From Promethearchaeota archaeon (GTDB lineage: Archaea; Asgardarchaeota; Lokiarchaeia; Sigyniarchaeales; SOKP01): DNA of 64,000 nucleotides. Position numbers and translations under genes: made by a program. Where the stretch lies: positions 1 through 64,000 of the forward strand of contig JAHLWS010000074.1 of NCBI GenBank assembly GCA_019057795.1, written 5' to 3'. The notes beneath the pieces are model-generated. The model searched no databases. It worked only from the letters and a program-made list of their open reading frames with translations, and was not told the origin of the DNA. The first letter of the stretch is position 1; each line of letters opens with the position of its first letter. This document shows positions 7,148 to 22,100 of the stretch, piece after piece.

Positions 7148-10100
7148 ATGATTGAAAATAGAACTGATTCCGCGGGTTTTTCCATTGTTCAAAAGGAAGA
7201 TTTAGAGATAATTCGCAAATTGAACAGAGGAAGCTCATTAAAATTGTTAAGAATATCCCAATCTTCTCCATACCACGACATTGAAAGTAGAGAAAAATAC
7301 GAAGAAAAATTATTTCGAGAATACATGGAGAAGCAAGGATTAACTGATGGTTTTCTCGTCTCAAACAAATTGAAGGAAATTCTTGACAATTGCCATCCTT
7401 TCTTAGTGAGATTTATCGAAAACACGTATCGAGAAAAATTTAATCGATATTTCGAGGAGCATCCTGCTATTTCTGAATTATTAGATTATACAGATAGTCT
7501 TAGTTTAGTTGAGATTGCAAGCGATAAAGACAAGTGGATGAAAAGCGTAAAAAACCACGGAATTGACAGAAAGCCAAGCTTTCGCTTATTTAGTTTACTA
7601 AACAAGGTAAGTAAATCAGCGCTAATCTTTGAATATATCGAAAGGCAACATAGGGTAGACATTGATATCTTCTTTTCTAATAATTCCGATATTCAAATGT
7701 TGATTCCTCAAGGCTTTTATCTAAATTTAATAGATTTTTCAGCGCATAATAAAATTATTAATAAGAATCTCAAATTTTGGCAAATTAATGGAGGAAGAAA
7801 ACAAGCCGATGAGGATAAATGGCAAGTCACCGAGGAGGGAAGGCAAGAACTCAATACTCTTCTTAACGATATTGGAACTTCTTACAAAATTTTGAAATAC
7901 CTCGATCTTATTGATATTGCTAAATTAGGAAATGATGAAAGCGAAGCTCAAGAGGTTATCAATGCATCAGAAACTTCTTTCAATATTCTTGAAAAGCGAG
8001 AAAAAAAATCGTCTAGTTCCTATAAAATAAATAGCGATAACACAATTTTTAAGATTTTGATGATTATTGGCTTTTTACTTATTTCTATCGTAATAATTAT
8101 CGCTCCGTCTGCATTCATGTTCACTAACGATATATTAATAGCGTTTAGAATTTTTCAGGTTTTTTTAATTATAATATGCTTATTTTTATTTTATAAAGCA
8201 ATTCCTATTATAGCCGCTTTATCGAAGCATACCACTTCAGAAAGGAAGAATAGAAAGTCATTTATCTTATCTATAGAGCTTGCGTTTCATCGATGCAAAT
8301 CTACCTTATTAGTAGTTTCAGTATTCTTCGTTTTTGGTCTATTTTACGTGTATTTTGTTTACGCGCCACAACATCTTTTTGTACCGGCTATTCTCATTTT
8401 AGTAATAATTTTCCTCGCAACTTTAGGGGACCCAAAGAAAAGAGCAGCGACAGTAATCGGTATTTTTCTGGTTCTTATGCCTATGTTGTTTGTGGTTAGC
8501 TCAATGATCCAGATTGAGACGCCTTTTATGGATTATGGCAGAGTTGATCAAAGCGCTAGGATTGAATCAAGTAACGTCGATTTCTCCACGCTCGATTACT
8601 CTCAAGATTTTAACGCGCTGGAAGAGCTTTCGATCAACAGCGAGTTTGTAGTCCACGCTATAATTAGCACCGAACTTGGAGAATCGGCTATAATGAGGAC
8701 AAGAATAATCCCTGAAGTTATACCAGGCGTTTACGATCATACAAAATCATATATAACAAATTACGATTTCAAGGAATTTATTGAGAGCGGTATGCGCTTG
8801 AAGTACGATGTCTTTTCTGATTATGTAGCTGGACCTTTGATTGACGTAGATTATTACGCTCCTGTCGAGCTAGACAAGCTAAACCTGCTTCCGGGACAAT
8901 ATAGCGTTGAGTTCTCTTACGGTATTAGGACCGGCTGGGGGATGAGAAGCGCCAATCCAGTACAATACACTTTAAATTTAGAGAAAGACAGTTTAGAAAT
9001 CTTGCCTACTAATCCATTCGATTTAGGCGTTGAATACGGCGCGGTATATACCTTCGAAAACATCGGAGAGAATTCTTGGGATTCGTTTTTCGATGGAAAG
9101 TTGGTGAATTCAATTCACGAACCAATTGCAGGTAAGGAAATAGATTTATTCCTCGAGATCGACGATAAGTACGAAAAAATAGCAACCGTAGAGACAGATG
9201 CTAACGGAAACTTTTATCACCACCATAAAATCTACGGTTGGGTCGAAGAAAGGATGCTAGCAAAAATCGAATATAAAAACGGAGAAGATCCGCTCTATAA
9301 AGAATTAGTCCACGAAGAATACGCGGGAATGGAAGAACCAGTAGATGGGAATTGGTTCTTTTTCGATCAGGACGGAGACGGTTACCCAGATTGGAATTAT
9401 TCCTTAATGGATTTGCTCGGACTCTACAGATCTGGAACTATAGGATATTCGATGCCTATACAACCAGATGATTTTACGTTTGTTATAGGTAATTTTTACG
9501 GTCCATATGGGGATCTTGAATTTTCAGATTTAAGCACTTCTACCCTTCAACCAACGAAAGTTGGCGCAAATTATAAAATCGACGTGGAAATAGAATGGAG
9601 CATAAATGACTACGTTGAAAGCGTGGAATATCTTAGATGGGATTATTCTACTTCTGGCTCTCCTTCCGTTGACTTTTCCATTTGGAATTATAATCTCCAA
9701 GTTTACGAGGTTAAGTCCAGTAGTCCTTTCGCGTTGACAAGCGATTATTACGACGAAGCTAATAATTATACCGTAAAGTCTAGAATCGAAAGCACTTTGA
9801 AGGGTTCTACTTACGATCTCTATTTAGATCAGTTAAGAATTGATTACATAATAGGTGCACCTCCAGAACCCCCTCCTGTACTGTTCTTTATGGCCTTATT
9901 TGACGAAAATCAGGGTAGCACGACTAACGATGTCGTTAATGACCTTGTAGGAACCTTGTATGGAAATACCTCTTGGGTTGATGGAAAACATAACTCTTCT
10001 CTCTTTTTTGACGGTTCTGGTCAAGTAATAACAGACGAAGGAACTCCTCAGACTAATTATTTAATGCCTATACAAGAAGCAACTCCTACCGGTGATTTCT

Positions 10101-13100
10101 CTTTTACTTACGGTGATTTTATTTCGACCGCAGATATTGAATTTGATGACGGAAGCGAGACCATTATAAAATCTGATAGAATTGATAATAGTTACCACGA
10201 GATTGGCGTAGTAGTTCAATGGGGACCAGAAGGAAGCGTAGATTCTATGGATTACCTTCATTGGGCCCATCGATATGAGTGGGTCGCAACTCCAACAACA
10301 AACTTTCAGATATGGAACTACGCACTTAACGGTGGAGCAGAAGGTTGGGAAACTGTCTCGCAAAATCCTTTTTCGCTTACAAGCGATTATTACGACGAAA
10401 ATTATAAAGTTAAAGTGCGATATTACGCTCACGCAGATGGTAGGACAAGCGCAATTGATCTGTTTATTGACCAACTTAAGTTAGAATATACAACCACTAG
10501 CGGTGGAGGCGAACCGCAATACCTTGATTTTGATTATGTAGACTTTGGAGACGTGTTAGACGATGTTTTGGGACCCGGAAGCCCCAACGATCAGTTTGTT
10601 ATAACGGGCTGGGTAAATCCAAGTTCGTTTACTTCTAATCAAAGTAGTCGCGGAATTAAAAACGTTTTCTTCTCCAAGGAAAACATAGAAATTGGGATAA
10701 ATGAAAGCGGGTACCTACAAGTATATATGAACACCAATGGCGTAGAAACAACCGCATATTACGGCATTGATAACGCTATAGGAACTAACGCTTGGGTTTA
10801 CGTTGCTCTTCGCTATAATAATTCTGATGTTGACGTCCTCTTAGACGATGTGTGGTACTACGATGCTGTTGGGGCGGTAGCAGAACCTTGGAGCGGAGGG
10901 GGTTCGCTTGTAGATGGAGGCTCGCTTATTATTGGCGCCGAATTATCCGCATATTCTTGCTTTTCAGGTAAGCTAGACGATATTTCGGTGTTTAGGGAAG
11001 CCATCAGCCATTTTGATATAGAAGCTCATAAAGGAGAATTAGGCTCTTTAGAGATAATCGCTACTGTTTCTAAAGAGGATGGTCTTGGTGGGTGGGAACC
11101 AATTACTACTTCAGGAGATATGATGGACGGATATCTGAATTTTGAAATGACCTCAACGGGAAGAGAGATAAATAACACTCAATTTTACCTGTCAGATATA
11201 GAACCTGACTTGCAAAATCCAACACCTCAAGATTGGTCTTTAATTACCGAATACAGTTACGATTCTAATTATTACTCCGCAATATTAAGCAGTCGCGATA
11301 TTCCGGACGACGACTCGTGGTATTTTATTGTGCGGGCAAACGACTCGGATTCAAACGTTTTGTACGACGCGTGGGAAATCTCTGAGACCATTGCATATTT
11401 TGAAATAAATCACTTTTTAGACTCGATTAATTTTACTTATTTAGATACGGATAATAGAATCAGTCAGTATTCTCAGATTGGCGTTATTCCTTTCGATGAA
11501 TTTGAGGAAAGAATTACCCAAATGAATGTTTTTGTGAATTATTCGGGAGATATCGATTACCTTACTACCGTTTCTTATAGCGATTTATATTCTAACTATT
11601 GGTTAATTTATCTTAACGAATTATCCTCTTGGAAATCGGATCAGGGACTTCCTGACGGGGAATACGAAATTAATTTTATCATCGAGGGAAATTTCAGCTT
11701 TTACGGATTTTCAGACGATTATTACTTTAACTATACTTTAGACACTATTACTTACGATTGCTTGGGGCCTACTATGTCTCTGGTTTCGACTTCATTTTTG
11801 GAGGTGACATATGACGATACTCAAGATAGTATAATTGATATAGAAGTGACTTCTCCTGATAACGATTTTTCACACGTTAAGCTATATTATCAATATCAAG
11901 GGCCAAATCAACAATCTTGGAATTATTACGACACCTTTGAAGCAAATAATTCTATTGCCCAAGTTCCTTTCAATTTAATTAATTTAAGGGACGATAACAT
12001 TTCGATCCAGATATTAGGCTTTGATAGCGTGTTGAATAGTAAAATCTTGTACGAATCTAATTACTGGGTCGTAAAAGATATGAACAATCACATGAGTTTT
12101 ACCTTAGAAGGAATCGAGCACGATAAATTGTACGGTTTGGAGGAAAACAAAAGCATCAGGTTAGACGCTAAAATCCAACCTTTCGATAACGACATCACGC
12201 GAGTTGTCGTAGGCACCAATTACGAGACTTTTACCATTTTTAATCCTACCTCGGAAAACGACCATATATATTTTGAAGACGATATTTATCTTAATTCAAC
12301 CTATTACGGCGTTTTTGGTGCGGATTTTGTATATATTCCGATAAACGTAAAATTATACCAGGACGATATATTAATCTCCTCAAAAGAAATAGTAATTACC
12401 GTAATTGAAAATACTTTTGAAGACCAAGTTCAAATTTCAAATATTGTCATAACTACTGATCCTCAAAATAACGTTTTTATGTCTTTTATTTCAGGACTAA
12501 ACGCGTATAACAATTCCCATTCGATCCCTTACGTTATTAGCGGTGCATTCCCTGTCGTAAAGTTATACAACCCCGACGGGATTTTAATTCAAACGATTGC
12601 TTTAAGAGCAAATAACGATACCTACGGGATTGAAACTTATAACACGGGAGCAATAGAAATTAAGAATAATCGATTTACCGTCCCCTTACCAGTTCCCGCA
12701 TCGGGAGAATTGTGTTCCATAGGCGTCGTAAATGTGAACGGAACTGTTTATCCATTTACCTATTTTATTAACAACGACGAACTCTTAATAACGCTATCGA
12801 CCGAGACATCTCTCGATGGAATATACGGCGCTACAGGAGGAGATATTACTATAACTTACGGCGTTTCGTTATCTAACTTACTTGAAAATCAATTTATTGG
12901 AACCTTTGATTTGCAAACACTACCCCAGAATAATTACACTGTTATTGGAGAGTTTTACGAGCTCTCTGGAGATGTGATTACCTATCAAGCATTGGAAGTA
13001 CTCTCCGTTGATTATGATGGACCGATTATGTTTAAACAGTTTGGACACGAAGGTTCTGTTGATTCCTATATTAATCCGGAAGGAGGCTCGATATCGTTTA

Positions 13101-16100
13101 TCGTTAACGACTTTTCGGGAGTTCTTAGCTACGATTTTAACGTTTCAATTAACGGATACTGGGTAATATCAGGCGATTTATTTACATTTTATTTCAACGA
13201 TCCTTCCATTGCAGAAGGATTGACCGATATAGAACTAAATTGTAGCGACGTTAATGGATACTGGAACTTGTTAGCGTTTACGCTATTTATAGATAGGACT
13301 GAGCCTTCATTCGTTTCGGTTGTAAACGATTTAGAGACCTTTAACGCGCTATACTCCGTCATTGTCGAGATTGGTGAGGCATCTACATCTTACGAATTAT
13401 ATCTAACGTGCGTGAACTTTGTATCGGGTATTACATATTCCAATTTAGAGTATACTTTAATCGAAACTGATGCGAATATTTGGCAATTTTTAATGGATAC
13501 CGCTCAATTACCTGACGGGAGGTATAACGTATGCATTACAGTTATTGATGAGGCAGGAAACATAAATCAATATACTTTAGAAGATAGATATTTTGACAAC
13601 TCGCCTCCTGAAATCGAAGATATTTTGGATGTTGTATATGTAAATAGCGATATAAATTATAATACAACTCTTTCCGATCTGGCGTATTTCAACGATGGAA
13701 AGAATATAACCGTTGCGGCAACGGATATAGTGTTTGATGAGTTCGATTGGGCTAATGTAAACCCAACTTTAGGAACTCAAAGCGGCGTAGATTCTATTTT
13801 TCTTTTCTTTACCAATCCATTATCAACTCAAAGACTTGTTATAGAAGGTCAGTTAAATTTTGAAAAACTGACCTATAAAATAGTTGGCTTTGGCAATGAG
13901 ACTGTAAATTACGATACATCTTTAATAAAAGCAATTCAATCAATTACTATTGGAGGATATTCCGTCGATAGATTTGTAATTTTAATCGAAGAAAACGACT
14001 TAATATTACAGATAGACGAACTTTATAGGTATTTATTGTCTTCAAGTAAAACCGATGAAATTTACGCCGAGTTTTTCCAAGCTGAGACTACCGGAGTACC
14101 ATTAGTATTTGATACCGAAAAATTAATTTGGAAGTTAGAAAACTTTAACATTTCGAGTTATCTAAATATCTCGGATGGACAACAATTCCTCTTTTGGTTT
14201 GAGATTAAGGACGGTATGTATACTGCGACAGCAGGAGAAAGGGATGCCAATACAATAATCTCAAGAAAATATCGAGGTATTTACGATAATTTGATTCAGA
14301 AGAATGGAGGTTCCTTGTATGAATGGAGTCTAGGCACAGATGCCCAAGAAAACGGAATTATTGTTTTCGGAACGGATGCTAATATAGATGCAACAATTCA
14401 GTTTAACGGAGCAATGATTCAAGAAAGAATTGCCGGAGAGAGCGACATTGACAAGATTTTCATTTACGGTTCCGAGACGGGCGCTAACTGGGAATTTATA
14501 GGAAGAGCCTATTTCTCGGGAGAAAATATGTTGTGGAATTATTATTGGAATTACGATCTCTTAGGCACAATCCCGCCCCAAAACTACATGTTAAACGCGT
14601 TCTTTTTTGATAAAGCGGGAAATTTCATCAACGAATCTATTAGTATAAAAATTTACGATTTTGCAGATATTGAACTTATAACCGACCTATTGTTCGGAGA
14701 AATTTTCGAGTTTGACGCAAATAAGCAAACTAACATTCAACAAATTGCCGGAACTATAGCAAATTACACGGGTCAAACTAACTTATGGGAGATAATAGCG
14801 GAATATTATAATCCCACTGAAAAGATATGGATTCCGCTCCAGACCGATGCTGCGGCGATCGATGCTGGCGATTATTCCATAATTTGGGATATAAATCAAG
14901 ACGAGTTTATGGACTACATGTACAATTTTACGTACGAATACTTACCCCTTCAAGTAGCACCCGTTACCGGCTTTACAATGTGGGGCTCTTGGGGCACATT
15001 CACAATTGATGGCGAATGGCAACCAATCGTATTAGTACAAGATGGACTCTATGTCGATATTATAATATATACTTTCAACGATACAATTGGTTGGGAAATT
15101 AATAGTACCCTAAGTGGCGAAAATATCTTCACTTACATCGATAACCAATTATTCAGACTCCACGATATCGATAACGACGGTATTTTCGAGATTATCCGCG
15201 TTACATCTTCTCAGGTCGATGTAATCTATCTCGATCAAGGAGTTTGGAAGATTAAAGAGGATGTTGCTCAAATTAGCGACTATTACTATCGTTCGTTTGA
15301 TCTTTTCTTCGACGATGATATAAGCGCGTCTATGATGGTTGCTGTTCAAGAAGACCAATCAGGGCAGCTATTTTTATGGAAATACCAATTTAATTCTACT
15401 TTCTCATTAATTAAGAGTTTAAGCGTTGTTGCTCCCCAAAACTTTATTCCGACCTCAATTAAAATGCTAACAGAGTTTTCGTCCACCTCAAGTAAGGTCA
15501 TCTTAGTAGGTGGCTTAATGGAAGGCTCGTATCATTCTCAATTGTTTGAATACGATTTTAATTTTAATTTACGCAATATTATTGCCGAAGTACTTCTCGG
15601 CAAGATTTCGATCATCGAATATGATTTTATAAACGAAGCGTATACAATTCTACTCGGATTGGAAAGGTTATCGATCGGGAAAATGGACGCCATCGTATCG
15701 CTCACGTATAGCGAAGCTTCCAATTCGTGGAACGCCTTTGAACTCTCGGGATTTGACGAGATTAGATTTAACCTATTAGATTTACTTGTAATTTCCGAAA
15801 TAAACGCCAAAAAACTCATAATCGCTTCCGATTCAGGTCTTTTCGAAACCAAGATTTCTTACGTGGTGGACAAGAGTCTAATTACGAGTCCTGTCTGTTT
15901 TGCAAGCGTTACCGTTTCAAAATATCAGTTACAACAATATATGTCGGGATACGTGTTAAAATTAGAAGAAGAATCCATTAGTTCGATCACTAAAATATCG
16001 TACAAAGAAAACTTACAATGGAAAACTTTGTCTTCTAATCAATACAGATTTTATACAAATTATATTTATATGGTTTTAACAGGTATTTCGTGGAATAATT

Positions 16101-19100
16101 TAGACTTGATTAAAGTGGACTACTCGTTTTTGTCCTATTATGACGAGCAAGTTACATCTATTGACCCTTCTTTAAACGAGGTTGAGGGAACTCCTGACCG
16201 CTCTGGTACGTCCGCTTTTGCTAAGTTCTACGGAAGTTCCGCGCTCCCCTTGTTATGGCTTAACCCCGCCACCTCGTACTTCGATATGAACGCAAATTGG
16301 CTAAGCCTTCCAAATGGAATGACTTATAATCAAAAACCAGTGATCTCCGGTCTTGGAAGCACTGCGTTTTATCCCACGATCTCGACAGTTGGATGGGGTG
16401 CCCCAAATCATTATTACGGTCCCGAATATACCAATATGCCCGAGCTTGACAATAAATTGATAAGTTACGGCGATGGATACGATAACGGATTTTTGGCACA
16501 AAATTTAACCGGAAGGGAAAGTTCAATAGATGATTATAAAGAAGACGAGTTTGCCGGTAGGTTTGAGAGTCAAAGCGATTACATAGATCGGGTCTTAATT
16601 AGCAACCCATTTATAGGAGAGAGCTATAATTTTCCAGATATGTACTTTAGCGGCGTTCACGATACAACTGGAATTTATCACGAATACGATGGGTCTCAAA
16701 AAGTTTTGGTTAGAACCGAACTTACCGATTATAATTTAAATATTGGTGGTATCCTCCAACCAGATCTGTCTCAGAGCGGTCTCTCTATTCAAGGTTCGCT
16801 CCCTGATTCACTCCCTAGTTCTATCTATAAGGATTTTGATTTATTAACTCTTGAAGAACTTGAGAGTTCTTTAGTTAATTGGACCGAATATGTTTCAATA
16901 AACATGGATTCTCCAGGAATTTATGGCGTTGAGTTGACAAGCAAGCTTCCGCTCGTTGATAGAGACGGGTTAGAGTCGATTCAGGTGGCTTTTGACGCTT
17001 CGATCGTTTCAAGTTTTGGAGGCGACGAATATCCACTTTCGTTGCAAATGTACGATTTTATCGATGGAGATTGGGAATCTATTCTTATTACCGACAATTA
17101 CCCTTTCTGGGAGTGGGAGCGCGCATTTGATACGGACTTCGGTGGTTTCAGACCAGGATGGAGAACTGTTCCTAACTCAATGGATAACATGCAAACAATC
17201 AGCTTTGGAGATAACTTCCCTCACACGCTTGTAAGCGGTGATTTTGAGTTTGATAGCACTATTATAGATGGAGGCAACTTTTTGGATAACGATTATAACG
17301 GTGCTACTTTCCAAAGAAACAATTATTATAGTTCTGATAATCAGTTTATATTTTACGATGCTATCACGCACGAATCAAATAGATATCAAATCAATAACAT
17401 AATTATAAATCCTAATAATTTTTATATTCACGAATCTGATGATTTTCCTGATCCAGACCCCGCATTATTTTCCTTAATAAGCGATGAAGATGTTTTTTAT
17501 GCAAATTACATAAACAATGATAATGAAATCAAGATTCGCTTAATAGTTGACAAAGAATCACCCGTAAACGATGAATTTTTCTGTATTGGAAACATGGGTG
17601 TATTCGTTCATACCGATCCCAACTATTTGAATTATGATAATTTTGATTCGAATGTATACGGTTCGGAATCTTCTACGTATCACGTATCCGATAAGATTGA
17701 TTTTGATGTTAACGGTTTAAATCTGTACGGAAATAGCGCCTTTAATTTTAAAGATAGTAGTTATACCAAATACAAGTTTTATGAATCGTTTGAGGGTGGT
17801 ACGCCTTGGAGTTTAAATAGGGTTTCCGAAACAACCTTCCAAGTGTCGTCTACTCCTTCCGATGACGCTTATTCTCTTTTATTTGACGACAGAAATTGGG
17901 GTTCAGAAAACCTTTTGAATGTAGAATATGACAACCCATCAGTGCAGTACTGGACTTGGATTAAGGATAATATTCCTTATTTATACGACGGTTATTATAG
18001 CGATTCAATCCTAACTTTGTACCGACCAACAAACACGGGAAGTGGAGAATTTAGAGTTTACACGGGCGGAGATTTTGACGAGAGCAAGATTAATTGGAAT
18101 AGCGCCCCACCATTACAAGAGTATATCGACTCTTACGCTTTTGGTCAGCAAACGGGTTCGATACAGATTACTTTAGGAGAGCCTTATCCGTATTACGTTC
18201 TCAAACCGATTGACGGAGAAATTTCGTTCGCAAGCTCGGAAAGCTCGTTATATCCAAAACCTCAGTTTGACCATTACTTAACAAAAAGTTATTACGGAAA
18301 CGGAATTACTTACATGCAAACAAACGCGCAGGAAATGCTTTATCTAAAAAGCCCTCTATATGAAGAGGCGATAACGCTAATTTCAGGCGATGTTATTAGA
18401 ATAAAATGTCAAGCAAAAACTTCCAGTGAAATTAAATTAAATCTGTATTATCAGGGAGGAGAACTACCAGAAAAATATATCATTATAAACGGCGGAAACG
18501 ACAATTTTGGCACTCAAATAATTGAAATTAATAACGATAATCCAAATCCTGTAACTTTCGATCGACTTGAGTTTTCTGGAGAATTTAACGCCCAAGATTA
18601 CTTTATTGTAGAAGAAATGACTATTTCTGATCCGACCGACGTAAATCAACTTATTTCGACAGTTTCCAAATACAATTTTATCGACCAAGAAGTTGAGTTA
18701 ATTAATTACAACGAGGGCACTTACCTTGTAGGTAGCGAAGTCGAAGGACACATCGAGGACGACCAATATTGGCAAATTGACGCGGAATTCGTTAAACTTC
18801 AAGATTATCGTATGGAGATAAACATTCCATTTGCAGGGACAGCTTCCCTTGACGATATAGACAATTTAAAAATCAGAATGAAAGCTACTTCTTCGATTAA
18901 CTTAGATCAATTCGTTTTTGAATATTCTACCCCTCAAGGCTATGAAGAACTAGTTCCAGATATTCAAGGAAATGTGGTCACGCTTACTATTTACGATAAA
19001 GACTTTTATAAATTATACGATATTTCTACTCAAGAGTTTTCAATAAAGTTAAAAATACGCGACAACGCTCAACAGACTTCCACTTTTGATTTACATATCG

Positions 19101-22100
19101 ACAGTTTGCACGCAAATGGATTTGCTCAATGGACGGCTACTCACGATCTCTATAGATTAGAAGTCAATTTTAAGCGAACTCATGCCGATTATCCAGACAA
19201 CGAAAAAATCTATTTCATGTTAAACGACCATATAGGTTTTGAAATTGAGGATTGGCGATTAGAGGAAACCGCTAATAACATTGTTGTAGTAGGATACGAT
19301 TATTCTACTAAGATGTGGGAAGCCTATCTTAACGGAGACCTAATTTGGCAGCAGCAAGATTTAGCGCCTTTGAAAATTTCACCCCGAATTAAAACTTCCT
19401 ATACCCATGAACAAAATCACGGGATTTGTATAACCTCGATAGATTCTCAATTTTACAAGCGTATTCGAGACGAGCGAGATTTCGAGACTTATAAATCGTT
19501 GATAGCTCTGTACGACGAGGGGTACGTAAATTCCAGAGATATTACCTACGATAGTTTTCTTACATCGCCTCAGAATACTTTTGCTCATTTATCCTCTAAT
19601 ATTAACGTTATTTATTCGTTTAACGACGAGATGGAAAACAACAACATTTTTAGCTCGCAATTAATCAATCTTGACGTCTCTTCTTCTCAAGACGACGCTT
19701 TTGACGACGTTAACGGATACGACTACAAGGAAGTGGGCATAATTCCCGACCAAATAAGTGAATTAGCTAAGTCTATCGTGGACGGAACTACAGGGTCAGG
19801 ATATTCTCCCGGATACGATCCAGTGACGGGAGCGTTAGTCGGTGATAACGATGATAAATACGGGCCCGTATATGGTACTGGTGATTATGGTACTTATACT
19901 TATCCGGACGATTGGCACGATTCTACGGCGTTCTCCGGTACCGATAATTACGGCGTTAGATTATTTGAAAATTTTATACAAGACATCGTTTATCTCAATA
20001 GCCCCCCTTGGGGAGTAGAAGACGGTACATATAACGATATTTTGTATACCAGGGTAAATAATGGAGAATTCTATAGAGCAAGAAGTACATCTATTGCCCA
20101 TTTGGGACAACAAATTGCAATGCGATTCGATTTCCAAAAAGAATTAGGGGGTATTAATTACAATATCGGTGCTCGTATCGAGACGAGCGACCCTAGTATC
20201 TCAGGTTCGCTTAGAGTGAACGGTGGCGCAATTGCTTCGGGACCCGTTATACAACTTGGTTTAGCTGGAGATAACACGGGTTCAGCAACTATTATAACAT
20301 ATACTGCTGGAGATTTGGATCCTTTCTATGTAGATATTTATTATTTTGAGTTAAAAGCCGATCCTCAAGCAGGTGGTTCATATGGCGTGACGGAACACTC
20401 TGGTTGGAATAATGCCGTAGATGGTTTTGTCCGCAATGGTGGCTATGCTAGAAGCGAGAGCACATTCGCACAAACATACGATTATTATTATTTTGATCTA
20501 ATTTCAACTGATCCTTATAATTTCGGGAGACCCCATTCCGTATATCTTGATATTAATATGTATTATTATTTCGAACCTCGTCAAGGTGCCGAACATTGTT
20601 ATATAGAAGCTTATAATTGGTTCTCACCTGGATGGGAGAATATACAAACCGTTTCCAGACAAGCCAGTTATCAGTACTTTCATAAGGCTATCAATAATGT
20701 ATATATATCGAATAATGGAAATGTTGATATTCGTATTAATGCTTATAGGCGAGACGATTCTGGTTGGTATTCTCCTAGATTTGAGTTGGAAGTAGATATG
20801 ATTAGAATGGATTGGGCCATAGAATGGGAATATTTACCTAGCTCATGGTTCGCATTCGATTTAATTCATCCAGACGGTTCGTTTAACGCGACAAACGATT
20901 ATTACCTTTTCTTTGAAGGGGATGCCAATTACGATTCCGAATTAAGGCTCAATTCTGACGATATTTTTACCTTTAACGGAGAAGATTTAAAATTTGACGA
21001 ATATTTCTATAATTTACAATCGGGCTATGAGTTTAAAATTTGGTTTACTGATGGAAACGATCGCAATCAGTGCGGTAGATATATCAATTCGGATTATCTC
21101 TATCTTTATTGGATAAATCAGAACGTTGATGTAACTATTAATAATCCAGGATTAATCCATTTAGATGATTCACTTTCAGATGATGAGACCCATAAATATA
21201 CAGAGCCGATTAGCTCGGGAGTTTACGACGACCCAATTTTCGGCAAAAACACGGTTCAATTTACCTTAGAAAATTATTTTTCTACTCCAACTTTTGGAAG
21301 GGGTGAATTAGCTGCCGAAACAATTTACAGCGATTTAACATTAAACGACTTTGATTTCACGTTCGACGTATACGGTATCGGTGACCAAGAAGGTTATCCC
21401 GATCCTACAAAAGTGGAAGGGGGAGATCCCTTAAAATACGATCCTGAAGTGCTTCAAGACTCTACATTTTACGATAATAGCAGGTTTAAACTGTCCGCCA
21501 TTGACGACATTCAGATTCCTCTGCTAACCCCAATTGAATTGTATTTTGGCGATGTTAACCCTGAAGATTTTGTTGATATGGATTTAAAGCTTGTTTTCGA
21601 TTACGACCTCTCTCTAAACGGACGGTTAGATCCTAACGCGGAATGGTTGTGGAGATATCGATTCCTTTATTATAACTACGCGACAGAGACTTGGGAGGAC
21701 GTTAACACTATTCTTCAAGCAGAAAATTTTGGAACTACGAGAACAGTTTGGAATTTAGGAGGCACCCATACTTTAAATCCTATACCTTACCTTCAGCAAC
21801 CCAACTTGAATACCTTTATTCCGATAAAGAATTCAAACGATATTCATTTAAATCCGATAACAATTGACAATCTTAACGAGGATACTATAAAAGACGGCGT
21901 TATTAAGTTGGCTCTCATTTCCTACGTTCTTCCAAGTAATGGAAGTTCGTTCTCGTTTGATCGCGCTGATCCGTTTACTCCCATTAGCGTGAGTCAAAGT
22001 ATTGACCTTGTTGAATCGTTATTTATCGGAGAATCCGTTCAGTTGATGCATCCTGATTCAAGCATAGAAACCTCTTTGGAACTTGACTCCGGGACTTATC

